Assembly (NCBI GenBank): GCA_024137785.1
Contig: JAHRHZ010000085.1
Span: 1,863,941 to 1,927,940, forward strand
Source of the DNA: Ginglymostoma cirratum
Lineage: Eukaryota
Direction: 5' to 3'
DNA length: 64,000 bases
A program made the position numbers and the translations under genes. Of the stretch, positions 27,680 through 41,589 are shown one piece after another (position 1 is the first letter of the stretch; every line of letters begins with the position of its first letter). The notes under the pieces were generated by a model. It had not been told where the DNA came from. It did not search any database and saw only the letters and a program-made list of their open reading frames with translations.

Positions 27680-27865
27680 CCATGGTTCAATGATGTTGCC
27701 TTCAAAGTTCTCCTCCATGCTGTTCCAGAAAGGCAGGAAGTGCTGTTCCCCAGTGGTAGCACATTTTAACCCTCTCACCTTACTAAGGATACCTGGACAG
27801 AGATCACAGCGGACGTTATCAGCCATGTGGTCCACAATCATTCCGGTGCAGTGTCAATTTCCTTT
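27680..27865 (+). mobile_element. Harbinger-type Myb/SANT-like DNA-binding gene remnant
   Basis: PWFNDVAFKVLLHAVPERQEVLFPSGSTF*PSHLTKDTWTEITADV fits the pattern F...L.VL...V..R..VLF...W..I of Harbinger/NAIF1 Myb domains. It contains an internal stop. Confidence 0.55.
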
Positions 27866-27947
27866 GCTCCACCAGGGTTAATGACACAGTGGTATTTTAA
27901 CCAAGTGGCCAGCATTGTATATATTGTATAAGATTTTATAAGCTACA

Positions 27948-28150
27948 GCAGCACGATTGCTTAATGGTTAGCACTGTTGCCTCACAGCACCAGGACCTGG
28001 GTTCAGTTCCCGCCTCGGGCGACTGTGTGTGTGGAGTTTGCATGTTCTCCTTGTGCCTATGTGGCTTTCCTCTGGGTGCTCCAGTTTCCTCCCACAGACC
28101 AAAGATGGGCAGGTTTGGGTGGATTGGCCACGCTAAATTGCCCAGTGTGC
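27948..28150 (+). mobile_element. HE1-type V-SINE (3' truncated)
   Basis: HE1 head and V-domain sequence. Confidence 0.85.
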
Positions 28151-28194
28151 ACTGTCCACTGGCATACTCATGGCCTTCTGTACCTGTTGGCCCC

Positions 28195-28558
28195 TTGGTA
28201 TTTATTCCTTCGTGGAATGTGGGCATCACTGTTCAGTCCAGGACTTGTTCCCAATTTCTAAGTGCCCTTCAGAGTCAGCCGCACTACTGTCGATCTGGAT
28301 TCACATATCAGCCAAACCAGATAAAGGTGGCAGACTTCCTTCCCTAAAAGGTATTGGTGAGCCAGCTTTTATTTTGCAGAAATTGGTGTTGGCTATGTTG
28401 TCACCATTATTGAGACTAGCTTTCAATTCCAAATATGATTAATTAAATTTATTTTCCACAAGTTGGTGTTGTTGGATTTGAGCTCACATCCTCAAATAAT
28501 TAGTTTGGACTTGTGGTTTATGGATCCAGCAGCATTACCACGATGTCATCATCTCCTT
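28195..28558 (-). mobile_element. SINE of the 24253 family
   Basis: Antisense tail and the ggcagacttccttccctaaa core. Confidence 0.65.
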
Positions 28559-29429
28559 GCATTAAAGCCCAGCATGACATTTTAATTTGAATTTTGTAAC
28601 TTGACTTTTGTTACAATGCTCCTTGAAGGGCTGGAACTCTTTCATCTGTCTGTTTTGGTTTAATTTCCTTGAATTTGATTCATTTGATTAAACTCTTTTA
28701 AAATTGCTCAAAATAGCTTCCTGAATTGGCCTTTTTAGCAGAAGATTCCAATCCAGGAAACTCAAGTTGAATTAAGGTATGTGATTCTGATCAGAAAACC
28801 TAAGCTGATTGTCAGGATGGCAAGCCATGGCTAGTTGAGTGCCCCAAGGACCAGTGCTTCGACCCCAACTATTTATAATCTGTATCAATAATTTGGATGT
28901 GTACACCAAATGTAAAATTACTTTTCTTTTCTTAAGTTCCTCCCTAAATTACATTTTTCAGTTTACCACTGCTACTGAGATGTTACCTGCATCCGCTACA
29001 GAAAAGACTGATGCAAAACATCTTTTCAGTTAACCTAACAGTTCCTTATTTATCATTCTTGAATCTCCAGGATCACTTTCTAAAGTTTCAATGCTTGTTT
29101 TGCTAGGTGTGTTCTTTTTTTAAACATATGTATAGAAACTCTTACTATCTGTATTTATATTCCTGCTAGCTTTCCCTTACTGTCTACTTTTTCACTCCTT
29201 GTTAATTTTTGGCCACTCTATACCTTTTTTCCATATTCTTCCCAATCATCTGACCTGCCAACTATCTTCGTGTAATTATATGAATTTTTCTTTTAGTTTG
29301 ATTCTATGTTTAATATTGCCATTTAACCAGATCATAGGTCTATCCCTTTGAATATTCTTTCTCAATAAAATATATCTATTGTGTATTTTGAAATATCCAG
29401 TTAAATGTTTGCTGCTGCATTCCTATTTG

Positions 29430-30040
29430 CCCTTTAGAAGATGATGGTGAGCTGCCTTCTTGAATTCTTGTATTCTATTTAGTTTAAGTAGACCCACACA
29501 ATGACACCGAAGGGATGGTGATATAGTTCCAAGTCAGGATGGTGAGTGCCTTGGAGGGCCACATCCAGGTGTGGTACTTCTATGTATCTGCAGCCTTGTT
29601 CTCCTAGATAGTAGAGATCATGGCTTTGGATGGTGTTGCCTAAGGAACCTTGATGAATTTCTGCATGGTTTCTTATAGTTGGTAAATCCTGCTCCTAGTG
29701 ATAGTGGAAGGATTCAAAGTTTGTAGATGTGGTGCCAAGCAGGCGATTGCTTTGCCCTCAGCGATGTCTAGCTTCTTGAGTATTATTAAAGCAGTACTCA
29801 TCTAAGCAGGAAATAATTTCTGCCTTCTAGATGGTGGACAGCATTTAGGGAGTCAAGAGATAAGTTACTTACTGCAGGATTCCTAGACTCTGATCTGTTC
29901 TTGTAGCCACAACATTTACATAGCCAGTCCAGTTCGGTTTCCCGTCAACAATAATCCATAGAATGTGGATACAGTGATGGTAATGTCAAGAGGTGATTGT
30001 CAGCTTCTCTTTTTGGAGATGGTCATTGCCTGGCAGTTGT
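29430..30040 (-). mobile_element. Degenerate LINE 3' region (17690 family)
   Basis: Similar to 14600-15100 and 24700-25300. Confidence 0.65.
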
Positions 30041-33039
30041 CATTACTGGAATGTGAATGTCACAAACTGTGAATGTTTCTTGCTTGTATTTAATAAATGG
30101 TGACAAGCTCCTCATAATGATTGTGCAGAACCCCGTTTATTGTCCTGCATATGCTTTTAGTGGCTATATGAACCACGAAGACTGAATACTTCCTCAGCCA
30201 CTGCAAGTTCTTCTTCACCTCAAGTTAGACGTTCCAGACCTGGCACTGAGCAAGCAATACAACCAATCTGCCTTGAGCTCTTTACTGCAGAGAATGCTGG
30301 CAATCCCCTTTACTATACTCATCCTTACTTCACCAGTTTCTTTCTTACACCCTCTCATCCACGGCTTCCTGTCCCACATGACAGGATCATTTAATTCTCC
30401 TTTGCAGCCATCACTCTCACCTAAACAAGGAGAAAGAACCTATAACCTGTGAATGATTGGAAAATCAAGGAACTTTGCTCCTTCCTTTTGAGTCCATTTA
30501 TCTGCCTCACTTGTAGTCACAAACTGCTGTCCCTGAACACTGATCAAATCTGGTGACCAGACCCTAAGGAGTGTCTACACGTCTTGGTAGTCAGAATCCA
30601 CGTAACTTTGTGCCAATCCTTGATGCATCACAGTGTCTGCAGTTCAGCCTCCAGCTCATAAAATCTGTGACAAAGCTCCTTGAACTTTAAACATTTTCTG
30701 CAAATCTGTTTCCTCTGGATCAAACTGGCATTCAGAAACTCCTGTATGGTGCAAATGTGACAGATTACTTATCCTGCTATTCTTATTACATTTTTTTAAG
30801 AAAATACTTCATTATTTCATTTGATTGTATATCTACTTTGTTTAAATATATTGTGCTAACCTACCACAAGTTTCTATACTATGTTGAAATTTATGAATAA
30901 CAAAACTTAGTTACTTACCCAAAACTCACCAAATAACTAGCTTCTCATGTAGCAGAATATGAATTAATTCCCGAGGCTGCAAATGTTTCAGAACATTAAA
31001 ATTAAAAGTAACAGACTACCTCTTTCCCTTCTCCCCCTAACTTCCCTTAATCACTGATCTCTGGCATACTGTTGTAAGACACACTAAAATGCTATGTCAC
31101 CCTAAGTTGGCTAGCTTTGCATGATCTAAAAGGATGAAAAAATGCTGACTCAACCCACTCGATGAGGTGAGGCTCAGATTTTTTTTTTAAAATAAGCTGT
31201 TCTTTCACTGGAATCCTTGTCAAAACCCTACTTAAACCATGTAACCCAAATATGGAATTTAAACTGTAGTTTTCAGGACAATTCAAACTACAAATGACAA
31301 AATAAGATTGTTGCAAAATAAAGAAGTTCCTATGCAACAAATGCAAATACCAAATGCTAAGTTAAGCTGTGTTTCTGAGATGAATTTATATGTCCTAAGA
31401 CAAAAGGCCTTTTTGAACCACTCAATGTGAATCCAGTTTGAGTTGCTTCTTAATTAAGCCAAATTGTTCTCTCATGGGAGACTCTTTTAAATACTTATAT
31501 AAGACTGGCAACTACAGACCGTGAATTGTCAATCTCAGGTTCATGCAAATTATCAACTACAAACAAAATTGGATTTGTACAACATGAAAATGTAGACATT
31601 CTTACCAAGAGCTAACTATTGTCACCATTCAGTCTTAAAGAAGATTAACCTGTAACTCAGCATCAGCAAAACCAAACTCCTGCAGCAGTCCTCCACAAAC
31701 AAGCACATAAACCTTCAATGAATGTAATTGATGGGGTGACTATAGAAGTCATTGAAGGTTTCCTGTATCTCAGCAGTTATTTTCATTGAGGTAGAGATCA
31801 GCACAGAATCAGCTATGGCAGAGCAGGTATTCAAGGATTGCACAATCAGGTCTTGGAAAGTCAAGATCTCCATAAGAAAAAGAAGGCTTTAGTTTAAGAC
31901 ACCATTGTTATCTATACCCTCCTGTATGATTTTCAGAATTTCCATAATGTGGTCTCTGCAGGATTAACAATTTTATGTGCGAAGCCAGGTGAACAACTTC
32001 CAACATCCTTATCAAAGCCAGTTCCTCCAGTGTTACAACACAGTCATGGAGGTCTTGTGGCATACTGGTAGTATTGTGATCTCTGGATTCAAGTACCACC
32101 TGCTCCAGAGGTCAGTTATAATACACTTAGACAGGTTGATTAAAAATATCTACAACTCTGATGATATGCAATCACCTTTTCTGGCCTGGATACTACATCT
32201 TCATGAATGATAGAACAGACTCAATGCACAAACGACCTCTTTCTTGTGATTCTATAATTTTGTAGTCATTTATACTTACTGTAATTCTCCAATTCCATGA
32301 ACTTCAATATTATTGATAAGTCTTTTATCCAATAGTCTGTCAAATTCTTTATTAAAAATTACCTAGAAGACATGTTGACTTTCCTCAATAATATTCTGCA
32401 ATTATGTTAGAAATAAAAACCCTTCAGTCAGGTAAGATCTGTCCTTAACCAAATCCCTGTTGGTTCTTTGTAGCTGACTCAAACTTCTCACAGTGTCTGT
32501 TGATTTGGTTCCCTAATTTATTGTTTCTTAAATTTTATCAGCACCCATGATCAGCTGACAGGTCTTTTGCTACAAGAATTAACCTTCCAGCATTATTTAA
32601 GTAAAGGCAACTCATTTGACACCCAAGAATTATTGGGCTCCTCCCCAGTATCTCATAAAGATTGAAACAGCCTGTTAATCCCTTCTGCTATCTCCACGCA
32701 CACTACCTTTAGCAATCTGGAATGGAAACCAATGTCTCTTCTCTAAGGGTAGCCACCATTTCCATAGCATTTTACTTAATGATTTCCAACCATTGTATTT
32801 CCATCCATTATTTCCACCATCTGTTTCTCTCTATATTGTATTTGCATTCGCTTCCTTGGTGACAACTGTCACAAACTACCAAAGAAGTCATTATATAGTC
32901 TCAGATTATTTCTTCACCTCCAAGCATCTATCACTTTCTTTAACCCCAATATGCCTCACTCTGCCTTCCTTGGAGCTTAAAGTTTAAATGGTAGTCAGAA
33001 CTTTGTTCCTTTTTACATTACTGCATTACATTCCCTCAA

Positions 33040-33580
33040 AAAAAAAACTGTGGATGCTGGAAATCAGGAACAAAAACAGAAATTGCTGGAAAAACTCAGC
33101 AGGTCTGGCAGCATCTGTGGACAGAAAGCAGAGTTAACATTTTAGGTCCACTGACCCTTCTTCAGAATGTTTGCTGCTAGGAAAAGGTTGGTATATATGC
33201 TAAAGTTGGGATGCAGAATGGGGAGGAGTGAATGATAACTGAAGATGGAGAGAAAGAAAGAAAGAAAAAAAGCAATTGAGCTGACAAAGGAATGGGCAAA
33301 AGGGCAGCCTGAGAGAATCAATAGCTGCTAATGGGAACCATTAGTGGCTGAAAATGGGTTGTTTGTAGTAGCAGCCCATGTGATGAAGGCCTGGTGTGTG
33401 GGATTGGAGAAAGGACAGGGGAGAAGGTGCTCAGGGTCTAAAATTATTCAACTCGATTTTGAGTCCTGAAGTCTGCAGAGTCCCCAAGCGGAAAATGAGA
33501 GGCTGTTCTTCCAGTTTGCTTTGAGCATCATTGGAGCTCTACAGCAAACTGACAGAAATGTTGCCCAGGGAACATTGTAT
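33040..33580 (-). mobile_element. Penelope-like (Neptune-type) 3' end with attached hammerhead-bearing repeat
   Basis: Minus-strand KLEEQPLIFRLGTLQTSGLKIELNNF resembles a GIY-YIG C-terminus and is followed by the gatgctgccagacctgctgag repeat. Confidence 0.75.
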
Positions 33581-33699
33581 TGTGTTACATTCTCTCATTG
33601 ATATTGACTGTTCTTACCTGATTAACATGAGTTCAAATAATTCAGAGCAAATTCATGTCTTTTTCAATCATTATTGTCTTAAACTCTGCAAAACACCTT

Positions 33700-34020
33700 T
33701 GGTTTGTTCCTGGGATGTGGGCATCACTGGCTGGACCAGCATTTATTGCCAATCTCTGATTTGCCCAGAGGTCAGTTAAGAGTCAACCACATTGTTCTGG
33801 GTCTGGAATCACTTGTTGACCAGAATTCGTAAAGATGGCAGTTGCCTTCCTTAAAGGCTATGAGTGAGTCAGATGGGTTTTCCCAACAATTTCCAATGGT
33901 TTCATGGTTATCATTAGACAGTAAATTCCAGATTGTTGTTCAATTCAAATTCCACCATCTGCCAAAGTGGGATTTGAACGCGCTAATACAGCGCTAATAC
34001 AGTTAAGCCATTGCCTCCCC
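33700..34020 (-). mobile_element. SINE of the 24253 family
   Basis: Full-length antisense match including aattcaaattccaccatctgcc. Confidence 0.75.
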
Positions 34021-34032
34021 CCATTCTCATTG

Positions 34033-34099
34033 TGCCACAATTTGGGATTGAACCAGGGACATTTAGGTTTTCAGTCTAACATTCTGAGCTAATTTTGCC
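34033..34099 (-). pseudogene. tRNA-Phe(GAA) pseudogene
   Basis: Minus strand reads GGCAAAATTAGCTCAG-AATGTTAGACTGAAAACCTAAATGTCCCTGGTTCAATCCCAAATTGTGGCA. This is colinear with vertebrate tRNA-Phe (GCCGAAATAGCTCAG...GTTAGACTGAAGATCTAAAGGTCCCTGGTTCGATCCC...), with a D-arm deletion and a broken acceptor stem. Confidence 0.75.
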
Positions 34100-34549
34100 A
34101 AGTGCCTTTTCTTAAACTTTAGTTTCTACATTGGCCATTTATTGCTCATATGTGCATCTGTAATATTTTGAAATGTTTCCATAATGCCTGAGTCTGGACT
34201 CTCCATAGCTTTCCAAAGTTATGGATGAGTTCAAACAAATTTATGGTGATGACCACACCCTGAATTTATTATCATTATGACATCCCTAACAGAATGGTGT
34301 ATTAAAAGTGAATGGACATTCAACTTTTTCTTTTGTCTCACGATCCAAACTTACATTTATTGTTCATTCTGTCAGGGGATGTGGTGATCACTGGCAATGC
34401 CAGCATTTGTTTCTCATCCTAAATGGGTCTTGAGCTATGTTCTAAGGGTCCCTCGACCCTAAACGTTAACTCTGATTTCTCTCCACAGATGCTGCCAGAG
34501 CTTGTTGTCCTTTTCCAGCATTTTTATTTTTGTGTAGTTCTTGAGCTTT

Positions 34550-36150
34550 CAAGGTCATTCCAGCGGGTGGTCGTTCTGGATTACCCACACCACGAAAAGA
34601 TAACAGACTTCAGAAGGCATTATAAACGTAAGGTTTCTGAATTGAATTTAAATTACATCTGCACCCAGGACATGATATGTACCCACGTCCGCAGAACATT
34701 CTCCTTGAGCTCTGCATTTGCAATGGAGTGGTAAAGCACCATATCTCCTCATTCATGCAGGAGATGTCGTGCAGTGGAGAACACCGTGAGCCGGAGGAAG
34801 AAGTCCTGATAAAAAAATATGGAATCAAAGACGCAGCGAAAGAAGTATTTTACAAATTCAGAGCTCAAACTTTCCTACCACATCTTTGTTTACCGCCTTG
34901 CAACACGCTAAAATTAGCCACTAGGAATGCAGAATCTATTTATTTCTTTGAGCTGTGAAAGTTCTGTTGAAATCGACATATATTTCACGTAGATATTGTA
35001 TAACCTTTCTACCATTTGCTTCTTACCACATCCTGCAACTTATTTTGCAACCATCACGTTTGCAGTTACCATTAGGTCAGCTGGCCAGAGCTTGTTGTCA
35101 ATATTTGTCGAGGGACGCTGCCTTGCCTTGCCCCGCGCTTCATCTGAAGCAGGGCCGCTCATACCACCAATGCTCCCTTCATAATGGAGAGAAAGGTATG
35201 TGGATTGCGGCTATCACCTTTTTACTCCAGATTCTGGATTGTCTGCGGCCCAGATTTTTGTTTTCTCTCAAAATTTCAAATGCCGGGTACTTAGATTTTT
35301 AAAAGGCAAAGAAGTGAATATTCAGGAAGTTAGTTCCACACGTCTGGAGCGTCTGAAATTCACACAAATTGGAGCACTACCTGAATTCTAAGCATCATGA
35401 ATTCTTTCATTTCTGTTTTTAAATGAGCATGCATTTCTCTGTAGCCTGTTTGACATTAACAGGGCGAACGTCTGCCTGAAGGGAATTTCGGGGTAACAAG
35501 CATTATCTAGTTTAGCTGCCATGACCTCACCACTATTTAACACATCTCAGCAAATGGTGCTCCGCCGCTAAGAACCGAGTTAAAAACAGTCGATTACGCT
35601 CGCTTTACTTTACCCCTTAGTGTCAAGTGTTCAAATTCACTAAGCTGCAAGTAAAAAGCATTTCACCGAATTATATCTTGAGTTTGGCGAGATAAAGAGC
35701 TCAAAATTGGCACTTGTAATGCAGGGTGAATTTCACGCAACTAAAGCGGAATTTATTTTTATTGCTGTTCTCATATTTGTTTCTGTAACGTTCTCAGCAT
35801 TGAAAATATTCTCCAGGGTTTACCTCACTGTCTCGTCAATGATAGAATATCATTGATTACCGATTCACTATCAAACCAACTGCATTTTTAACGTTGCAAA
35901 ACTGCAAGCTGAGCTTTACTTGACAAGTCCTTCAAAATAAGTCTCAGCAACAGCGAATTATGTTTTTTTTAAAGCAGAAACAAGCCAGGATTTATTCAGT
36001 GAAATTACATTCTGACAGTTTGACCATTCAACGCGTACATCGGTAAACTGTTTACTATAACTGATCTAGCTCTTTATACAACCTCGTTATACTGCATCTA
36101 AGTATCTGTAGTATAGGAACAACCGTTACCAAAACAAACGGTACAAATAA
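34550..36150. promoter_or_regulatory. CpG-retaining, TE-poor segment; candidate promoter/enhancer
   Basis: Visibly higher CpG density than the flanks, no recognisable repeats, and an NF-kB-like GGGAATTTCG near 35481. Confidence 0.35.
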
Positions 36151-38639
36151 TACGTTAATGTAATCAGTGCTGTTACATTCATTAATTAGGGACATTTCTA
36201 TGTTCTGACCATGAAAGATAATTAACATTCAATTAAGTCTAAACTTTTACTGGTTGCTATTTGTCTCTGAGCTCTGCCAGTTCTTAAGGAATCATTCATC
36301 TTCAACACGCTCATTCATCTTCAATAGAATACACTAAAGATATTTCAGAACTGATGGGAAATAAAAAAAAATACAATCTCCTTGGCTGTGGTCCCAGGCT
36401 CATTTCTCTATCCACCAACACACTATTTTTGGTTGAACAATCAGTTGAATGAATGGTTGACTGCTTAGGGGTTACAACTGATGACCTCACACCCAGATAC
36501 CAGTTGAGTATCAAAGCATCTTGCTGTCTTCATTAAAAAAAACTCCTGCCTTATTTATCTTCCCCCCACCACCACCACAATAAGCAGTGCTTTTCCAAAC
36601 AAACACAATCTTCTAGTCCAATTAAAGCTGGAAAAGATCCCACTCAAAAGTGACATGAAACAAACAATACTGGGGAAGCACAAATGATGAATTGTCATGA
36701 GGAATTCAGACACGTCCAATGAAAAATATTTATCTGTTACCCCTCAGAATTTGAGGTATCAAATTATAAGTAGAGATGATAAAGACAATTATCTGTTATA
36801 AACCTCAATGCCACTGGGCATTCCTGCACCTTGCAAATGTCCTTCACACTGCAAAACGTGTTCTCACAGCAGCAAAGCTGAATTCATAAAAAGTGTCCAT
36901 TCCAAATTTTAAAGGAATCTGGTTTTGTCCCGGCACGTAAAATTTGCACTTGAGCAAAATCCAGATTTATGTTGTGATTTGGTTTTCTAATTTAATATCT
37001 GAATGGCCTAAATCCCTACTTTTTAAAGAAAAAACATCGAAATCCTGCACTAATAGATGTAAGCACTCTACATTCACACGGTAGAAACCCATAACCATTC
37101 TTTAAAAATGTATTAAATAAGAACTCAACATTCTCACCCTAAACCAAATAGGTCAATGAAATATTAAGAACAGCAAGGTCCCCCTTTCTCAAATCTTGAA
37201 GATAACCACTATGGCCCCCATGAAATTGACAATGAAACCAAATGATTTTGATTTAGTATGTCCGATTAAGTAGAAATAAAAAGCTCGAACTGCATATTTT
37301 TTCGATTAAAGAGAAAACTTCATTTCAAGATTAATTGGTTGGGCATCAGGCAATGTATAATGGTTCTATAACATCCTTTCACTTCTCCAGACTGATCTAT
37401 ATGTTTCAACACGCACTCCCCCAATCAATCTACACATAGTCACAAACCCTTATTTAATAATTTATTAAATAATTATTAACTATGATTCTGACACCCAGAT
37501 CTAGTTTTAATTTCAGTAGGAAGGTTTGTGTTGGTTTTGCTGAGTGACCATTGGATATAGTTAAAAGCAAAATCCAAAGAGCCATGTTGGATTGAAACAT
37601 TAAGTCTGCTTCTCTTTCCACCAAGGTTTCCAGGTCTGCTGAGTTTCTCCAGCACTTTCTGTTTTTATTACTAATTACAGTTCTTGCCCTGCAAAGAATT
37701 TACTATTGTACAACTTGTCTACACCTGATTTATAGTGCCGTGCCCAAACAATGTTGTATTCAACAGTGCGCTAACTTAAAAGTACTCTCCCATTAAATTT
37801 CTCTTTGTATACAGAAGACCAATGGTATCAAAACATAGTCCATCCTTCTCTGTATTGTGAAACAAAATGCAAATTTATTTAGCACAGCTTTCACACAAAA
37901 TTAATGTAATAATTTTGATTTTATTTTCATTTTTGAAATACCGGAAAAATTGTTTAACCTATCTTAGTCAAGCCTTTCCATTTGGATTCTGAAGAACAAA
38001 ATAAAACAGGACAGAACAGAAAGTTATTGTCATGTGTACTTTTACATGAAAAATATCGTGAAATATTTTATAAGTTGCCCCACTGTGCAACTTTATTTTA
38101 CAAGACACCCATACACATTCTACCAGTTACTTGTTTAATCATGTACCAGATAATTACTGTTTACATAATTGTTGAAAAATTCGAAGCATCAACTGCGGAC
38201 AGGCAATTAACGGTCGCTTTATTGGAATTCAACTTTTGCCAACAGAAGACCCTTCTCAGGAATCTTGCATACTGTTCACTTCTGCAAAATTTCCATAAGA
38301 GGCTGACTGCTTCTGAATGTAACTGTATTCTCAATTGGAACACATAGTTTTCCTACAGCCATTGGACTACATTCATATGAAAGTGTATCATAGCATGGTC
38401 ATTTTCCGATTGCAAACTGATTGGCAACTTTACAATCAATGTTTCCTTTACATTCATACAGGAATTGCCCTTTCATTTTGGCTTTGGTATATTTTTGGTG
38501 CCTTGACCTCGTCAGTCTTGAATCACCTGGACATGAGAAATAGGATTTGTTAGTTACATATTTAATACATTCATAATCAACAACAATTCCTGAAGGGGCC
38601 AATTATGACATTAAAAGAAAGCTTTCACAGTACTTTTAA

Positions 38640-41290
38640 AAAAAATCATTTGAACAACCAAAGTGTGGCTGATCAGTTCTGATATGCTGTCAGCATTGTG
38701 GAATCTATTACACAATCTGTTGATAGATATGTGGCTTAAATGGTGAGAAATCAGAGCTTATGAACGTAAATCATTAAGAAAAGATAGTGAAGGCAACAAT
38801 AAGGAGGCAGGGTGGCAATACTGATTGTGGGAAAAAAGTTATATTATTGGAGAGAAGTGATAGATGAAGGAAAGCATCTATTTTGTTTATGTTGAGAAGC
38901 AAAACAGGCGTGATCATGCTACTGGTTATTTTATCAAACTTTGAATATTGAGAGAATGAAAGAAGGAGAGGTGCTAAGCTGCAGGGAAACCAAAGCGATA
39001 TGCAGGAGTGGTGTTATTGAGACTTTAACTTCCTAAATATTGCTTGGGATAATATAAGACTAAACCGTTAGAAGGGGAAGAAATTTTTGAAATATACTCA
39101 GGAAGACCTCCTTAACTAGTATGCTATAGCCCAACAAGAGAATGGGTATTGCTGGATCTAGATCCTGGGAAATGAGGTAGTCTAAGGGGACAAAGAGCCT
39201 GTGAGAAAATAATTGGATAAGAATGATCACCATATCATAAGGCTTATTTCAGAAGATATCTAATCTCTATGCAAACAGAAGGGACCTCCGGAAAACATGA
39301 CCAAAGACTGACAAGAAGAACTGTAAAGTGACAATGGTAAGAAAACAATACATTATTCTTCAGGAAGAGATTGTTCATGTGAAGGCTACACAAATTCCAA
39401 CCAGTGCAAAAATTAGGGGGACCAAAAACAGCATTCCTTATTTGTTGAGGAAGTTTGAGATTATGATGCAAAATGAAATGAATATATGATTCATGCCAAA
39501 TAAATTCTTCAAGGGAGAACCAGGTCAAAAGCAATAGATTGGAAGTGGACATAAAGTGGAAATGGTGCTGCAAGGAGCTAGTACGAAAATCAAATCAGAG
39601 TCAGCAAAATGGGAAACTAACACCTTAAAAAGAATATGCAGATAGTAAGATATGGTTGACACTAAGACAGTGAGGTTAGTTTAGTTAATGAATAATTTGT
39701 CCGGACAGAGGAGCAATCTGTCAGTTGAAGTGGAGAAGTTGGAATCCATTGATAGGATGAAAGCAAGCGTGTGAAGGTATTAGAAATGCTGTCCAGTCTT
39801 AGGGTTTATAAATCATCTGGACCAAATCTTTTGTGACCCTAGTTGCAAAAGGAAATGGGAATGGAGATATGGCACAGATGTGAGAGGGTAGAGAGTGGCA
39901 AATGCATGAAAATGGTGGCAGGATAAACTTAGAAACTATTGACCCCTTCATGTAACGTCACTAAGTAGGTGTGTTTGAGAAGTAATTATCAAGGAAATGA
40001 ACAGGTATTGCTGACAAACCGGGGGTTCAGGCATGGGTAGGAGCAGCGTTGCTGATTATTAGTGATAGCCCACACTGATCAGCAAATGACAGATCATGTT
40101 TGAAAACCTGTCTGGAGTTTTGATGGAGCCACAGAGAAAATTGAACAAATGAATATAGTGGATATTGAATAAAAATGCATTCTACAAATTACCACATAAC
40201 GACATTAATGCAACTGAAGCTCTTGGATTGTCCATTCGGATTTATTTTTTAAAAAATGGCTTAATAAATCATGGTAAATAGTTAATTGAAAAATTGCAGA
40301 ATTGACTAAAATTCTTTTCCATAAGGAATAATTCCAGGGGCAACTGCTGTCTTTGTTATATTTTAAAAACTTGGACATTGGAATTCAGAAATGTTAAAAT
40401 TGAAAATGATACTAATTGTGGAGGAATGGTAGACAGGGTCAACGATAAAAATCATGATAGAAACATGACATGAATATAGTCCAGTACAACGGAGATGCAA
40501 ACAGTTGATGAAATGTAATATAGGGAAATGTGAAATTAAGCATTTTGGCAGCTGGTATATGGAGAAAAAATATAGATTCAGTGGCTCATTTCCAAGGAGT
40601 GCTCAAGGCCTGAGGAATGTAGACCATATCATGGATCTTTGACCATATTGAGATACACTGATGGAAGGTCTAGCCAAAAGTATTGAATTTTGAGTTTCAT
40701 ATAGAGGCATTGAGTACCAAAACCAAGAAGGAATGCTGAACATTTGCAAAGTCCTGATTAGGCCTCAACTAGAACATTGTGTACAATTCTGAGCATCACA
40801 CTAGGAAGATTGTGAAGATACTTGACATGGTGCAGGAAAGATCTGCCATATGCTACCAGCTTGGTTGATTCCAGTAGAAACGTTAGGTTAAACAAGCTGG
40901 TACTATTCTCGAGCAAAGGAGGTTGAGGGAAGATTTGATTGAATTCCAAAAGTTCACATGACTAGCTTGGAGAAGGTGAATGAGGAACACAAAATCCCAT
41001 TTGATAGCAAGGGGCAGATGGAAAGGATTTGAAGTTTGAGTAAACATTTCAGAGGCAAAATTTGGGGAGGTACTGTTATATGCAGCTATTTTTAGCAACC
41101 TGCAATTTGGTACACACAAGTGCAACGGAAGCAAAAATAATCAATGAATTCAAAATGAAATGAGTAATTAAACAAAATCTATCCCCTTAGACAAGGGGAT
41201 CGAGCAGGTGCTGGGATTGACTGGACTGCCACCCAAAGAAGGGACAAGGACTCATTGGGCCGAGTGGCCTTACTTTGTATGAGAAATGAC
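38640..41290 (+). mobile_element. Old, highly decayed CR1 LINE (EN+RT)
   Basis: Remnants of GDFNF, LDL.LGNE and ...LEHCVQF motifs in order. Confidence 0.7.
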
Positions 41291-41589
41291 TTTCTACTTG
41301 TGTCATTTTATGAAAGGAACTAAGGGTTTCTGAATTTCCCAATTTATAGCAGAGCATAATGTAGCAGAATTGAAATCTATAGATAGAAACACACTAAAAC
41401 TCATCGCTTGTTTCTCTGTCCTCCAGTCCCAACCATGAAACTCAAAACCAGTAAATTAGCCAAGGTCAGGATTTCGCTGAGAGATCATGCAAAATCAGCA
41501 GAATGACAGTTATTGAATTTTGGAATCAATCAGCAGTTAAAGAATTCACAGCAATTTGTATTTTTTAAATGACTTTTTATAAATTAAAT

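Noticed and set aside
35183-35200. Plus-strand first exon ATGGAGAGAAAG|gtatgt
   Set aside because: No downstream plus-strand coding exons were found to support it.
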